Position numbers and translations under genes: made by a program. Of a stretch of DNA of 35,274 nt, positions 33,812 through 35,274 are shown piece by piece. Origin of the DNA: a virus (lineage: Duplodnaviria > Caudoviricetes). The notes under the pieces were generated by a model, which had not been told where the DNA came from, searched no databases, and saw only the letters and a program-made list of their open reading frames with translations. The stretch's first letter is position 1, and each line of letters begins with the position of its first letter. The stretch covers positions 1 to 35,274 of the IMG/VR virus record IMGVR_UViG_3300016265_001251. The stretch is one strand, 5' to 3'.

Positions 33812-33970
33812 CTATGAACTGGCCTTGTCTAAAATTTCACCGCAATCTGCACACTGCCGCGCTGTTGCCTTTGTAATGTTATTACAATCGCTTTTGGCAA
33901 AAACAGTGATGATTTTCCAGTGAGGGCACTCTATCCCCTCTTGCAGTTGCTGCGCTACGTTTGCTTGCAT
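33812..33970 (-). CDS. Small Zn-ribbon-like protein (52 aa)
   Basis: MQANVAQQ...CPH...CADCG. Fills the gap between the holin and the basic peptide. Confidence 0.55.
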   Translation of the reverse strand: MQANVAQQLQEGIECPHWKIITVFAKSDCNNITKATARQCADCGEILDKASS

Positions 33971-33978
33971 GGCTAATC

Positions 33979-34413
33979 CTATTGACTCAAAGTGTTTTTG
34001 GATACGCCTTTGACTTTCTCAACAGTACGCATTCCGCCTAATCCAAGAATACCGCCCAATGCCCACCCTAGCAAGTCTGTATCTATGTTAGGCAAAGTTG
34101 GGATTACTTTGTTGAACAGCGCACAAAGGAAAAGCATAAATGGCTGAAGAATAAGGATATATGCAAATGAAAAACAGCACACCCACCCAACCGCTGGCCG
34201 CCATCCCGACACAAACATATTGCTGTTGGCCGCCTCAATTTTGTTTATTTCAAGCTGGCCAGTAGCTAATTGTGTTGCCGATGCCAATTCGGCAAGCTCA
34301 CCACGCTGTTCCAATTCTTTTAATTTCAATATGGCTTCAGCTTTAGTCGCAGGGTCAGGCCATATGCGCTCAACAACACTGGTGGCAAAGCCTAAAATTC
34401 CATCAACAATCAT
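33979..34413 (-). CDS. 3TM holin (GTA_holin_3TM-like; starts MIVDGILG)
   Basis: PDPATKAEA..L, QLEINKIEA...FVSGWRPAVGWVC and LGLGGMRTVEK. ATGA overlap with the upstream gene. Confidence 0.88.
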   Translation of the reverse strand: MIVDGILGFATSVVERIWPDPATKAEAILKLKELEQRGELAELASATQLATGQLEINKIEAANSNMFVSGWRPAVGWVCCFSFAYILILQPFMLFLCALFNKVIPTLPNIDTDLLGWALGGILGLGGMRTVEKVKGVSKNTLSQ

Positions 34414-35003
34414 CGCCACACAATCCACACACAGTTGCGCCAAGGCCGCCAGGGTTTACCCAGGTTAGCAACAATCTTTTCGCCCAACAGAATCGGTGCA
34501 TTCCGCCGCTCATACTTGGTTTTATCAAAGTCGGTCAGTTCAATTAGCTTGCCTTTTCGGAATCCATAAAACTTTCCCTGAAACTCCGTGGCGGTCGTCA
34601 CAAGGCAACCTCCAAAAATGGTCGCCAAAAGGTCTTGGAAGGTTAGCGGCTTACGAACATATGCAAAACAGCCTGTTTTCTCTGTACAGCCCTGTATGAA
34701 AGAATTAAGGAACATAAGGAATAATAGGCTAAATTCTATGATGCCCCACCACGGATAATTGATTTGTACGTCAAACAAAAAGCCTGATGCCGTATCCGCA
34801 ACCCATAGGCAAGCCATGATAACAATCATCGTAGCAGGAATACGTTTCCAAATAGGAAACGATGGATTGCTAGCAATACCGTAACTTAACATGCCCAATG
34901 CTGTTAGAATGCCGAAATAATTCAGGGCTTCATAATCGCCCTGTTGCAGCAATCCAATAAAGCTTGGCGCAAGAATGCCAGTTATGGCAATGGCCATCCA
35001 CAT
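34410..35003 (-). CDS. Membrane protein: about four TM helices plus a soluble C-terminal domain
   Basis: Hydrophobic first ~100 aa. Ends GKPWRPWRNCV. Confidence 0.7.
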   Translation of the reverse strand: MWMAIAITGILAPSFIGLLQQGDYEALNYFGILTALGMLSYGIASNPSFPIWKRIPATMIVIMACLWVADTASGFLFDVQINYPWWGIIEFSLLFLMFLNSFIQGCTEKTGCFAYVRKPLTFQDLLATIFGGCLVTTATEFQGKFYGFRKGKLIELTDFDKTKYERRNAPILLGEKIVANLGKPWRPWRNCVWIVWR

Positions 35004-35006
35004 GGA

Positions 35007-35102
35007 TTAGCTTTTTTTAGTTCCTGGTTTTTTCATGCCACCGGTCATGGTGACTTTGACAGGTTTGGTTGGCTTCTTAGTGCCGCCAGTCATTCTAGAC
35101 AT
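35007..35102 (-). CDS. 31-aa cationic peptide with internal repeat
   Basis: MSRMTGGTKKPTKPVKVTMTGGMKKPGTKKS. AGGAGG RBS, fills the intergenic gap. Confidence 0.7.
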   Translation of the reverse strand: MSRMTGGTKKPTKPVKVTMTGGMKKPGTKKS

Positions 35103-35111
35103 ATCCGCCTC

Positions 35112-35274
35112 CTATGGTTTGATTGATTTTACCATGCCGCCAGCAAATTCACCAGCGACTTTTGCACCATCTGCGCCAGATGCTATAAATAATAGTAGGG
35201 CAAATTCAAGAACAGTCAAGAACGCCAGCCAAACCAAGGCGATATTCACTTTGTGTTCGTTGGTCTTTAGCCGC
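35112..35274 (-). CDS. 3' part of the junction-spanning coiled-coil/TM protein
   Basis: RLKTNEHKVNIALVWLAFLTVLEFALLLFIASG...IKP*, in frame with 233..1. Confidence 0.75.
   Translation of the reverse strand, partial: RLKTNEHKVNIALVWLAFLTVLEFALLLFIASGADGAKVAGEFAGGMVKSIKP

Overview
The window appears to be a complete, circularly permuted 35,274-bp genome of a short-tailed (podovirus-type) dsDNA phage. An ORF running off position 1 on the minus strand continues in frame from position 35274. The host is probably a Gram-negative proteobacterium, which is inferred from the gene families. Most genes are on the minus strand: a RecT/YqaJ recombination unit (27382-24657), a repeat-rich non-coding control region (24240-24656), and an early operon of ArdC, small ORFs, a beta-clamp-like protein, a pentapeptide protein and a terminal HTH gene (24193-20392). 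These are followed by terminase, a T7/BPP-1-like portal, scaffold, capsid, tail tubes, ejection proteins (one with a lytic transglycosylase), tail fibre, and a lysis region (3TM holin, GH108 endolysin) that spans the junction. The plus strand carries lambdoid-style replication genes (initiator, loader-like protein, RusA) and an accessory array (adenine MTase, pentapeptide protein, DUF6378-like protein, small ORFs) chained by a repeated GATGACTGA junction. I see no integrase, DNA or RNA polymerase, tRNA, CRISPR array or reverse transcriptase. Best leads: (1) an acr-aca-like anti-defence operon with duplicated promoter plus GCAA-hairpin modules; (2) a 22-bp RNA stem that buries the RBS of the replication initiator; (3) tandem RNA motifs in the capsid 5' UTR; (4) a cassette-like gene array with short direct-repeat insertions; (5) a repeated cationic micropeptide next to a membrane protein in a lysis region with no visible spanin. 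All product calls come from motifs read by eye, not from database searches.
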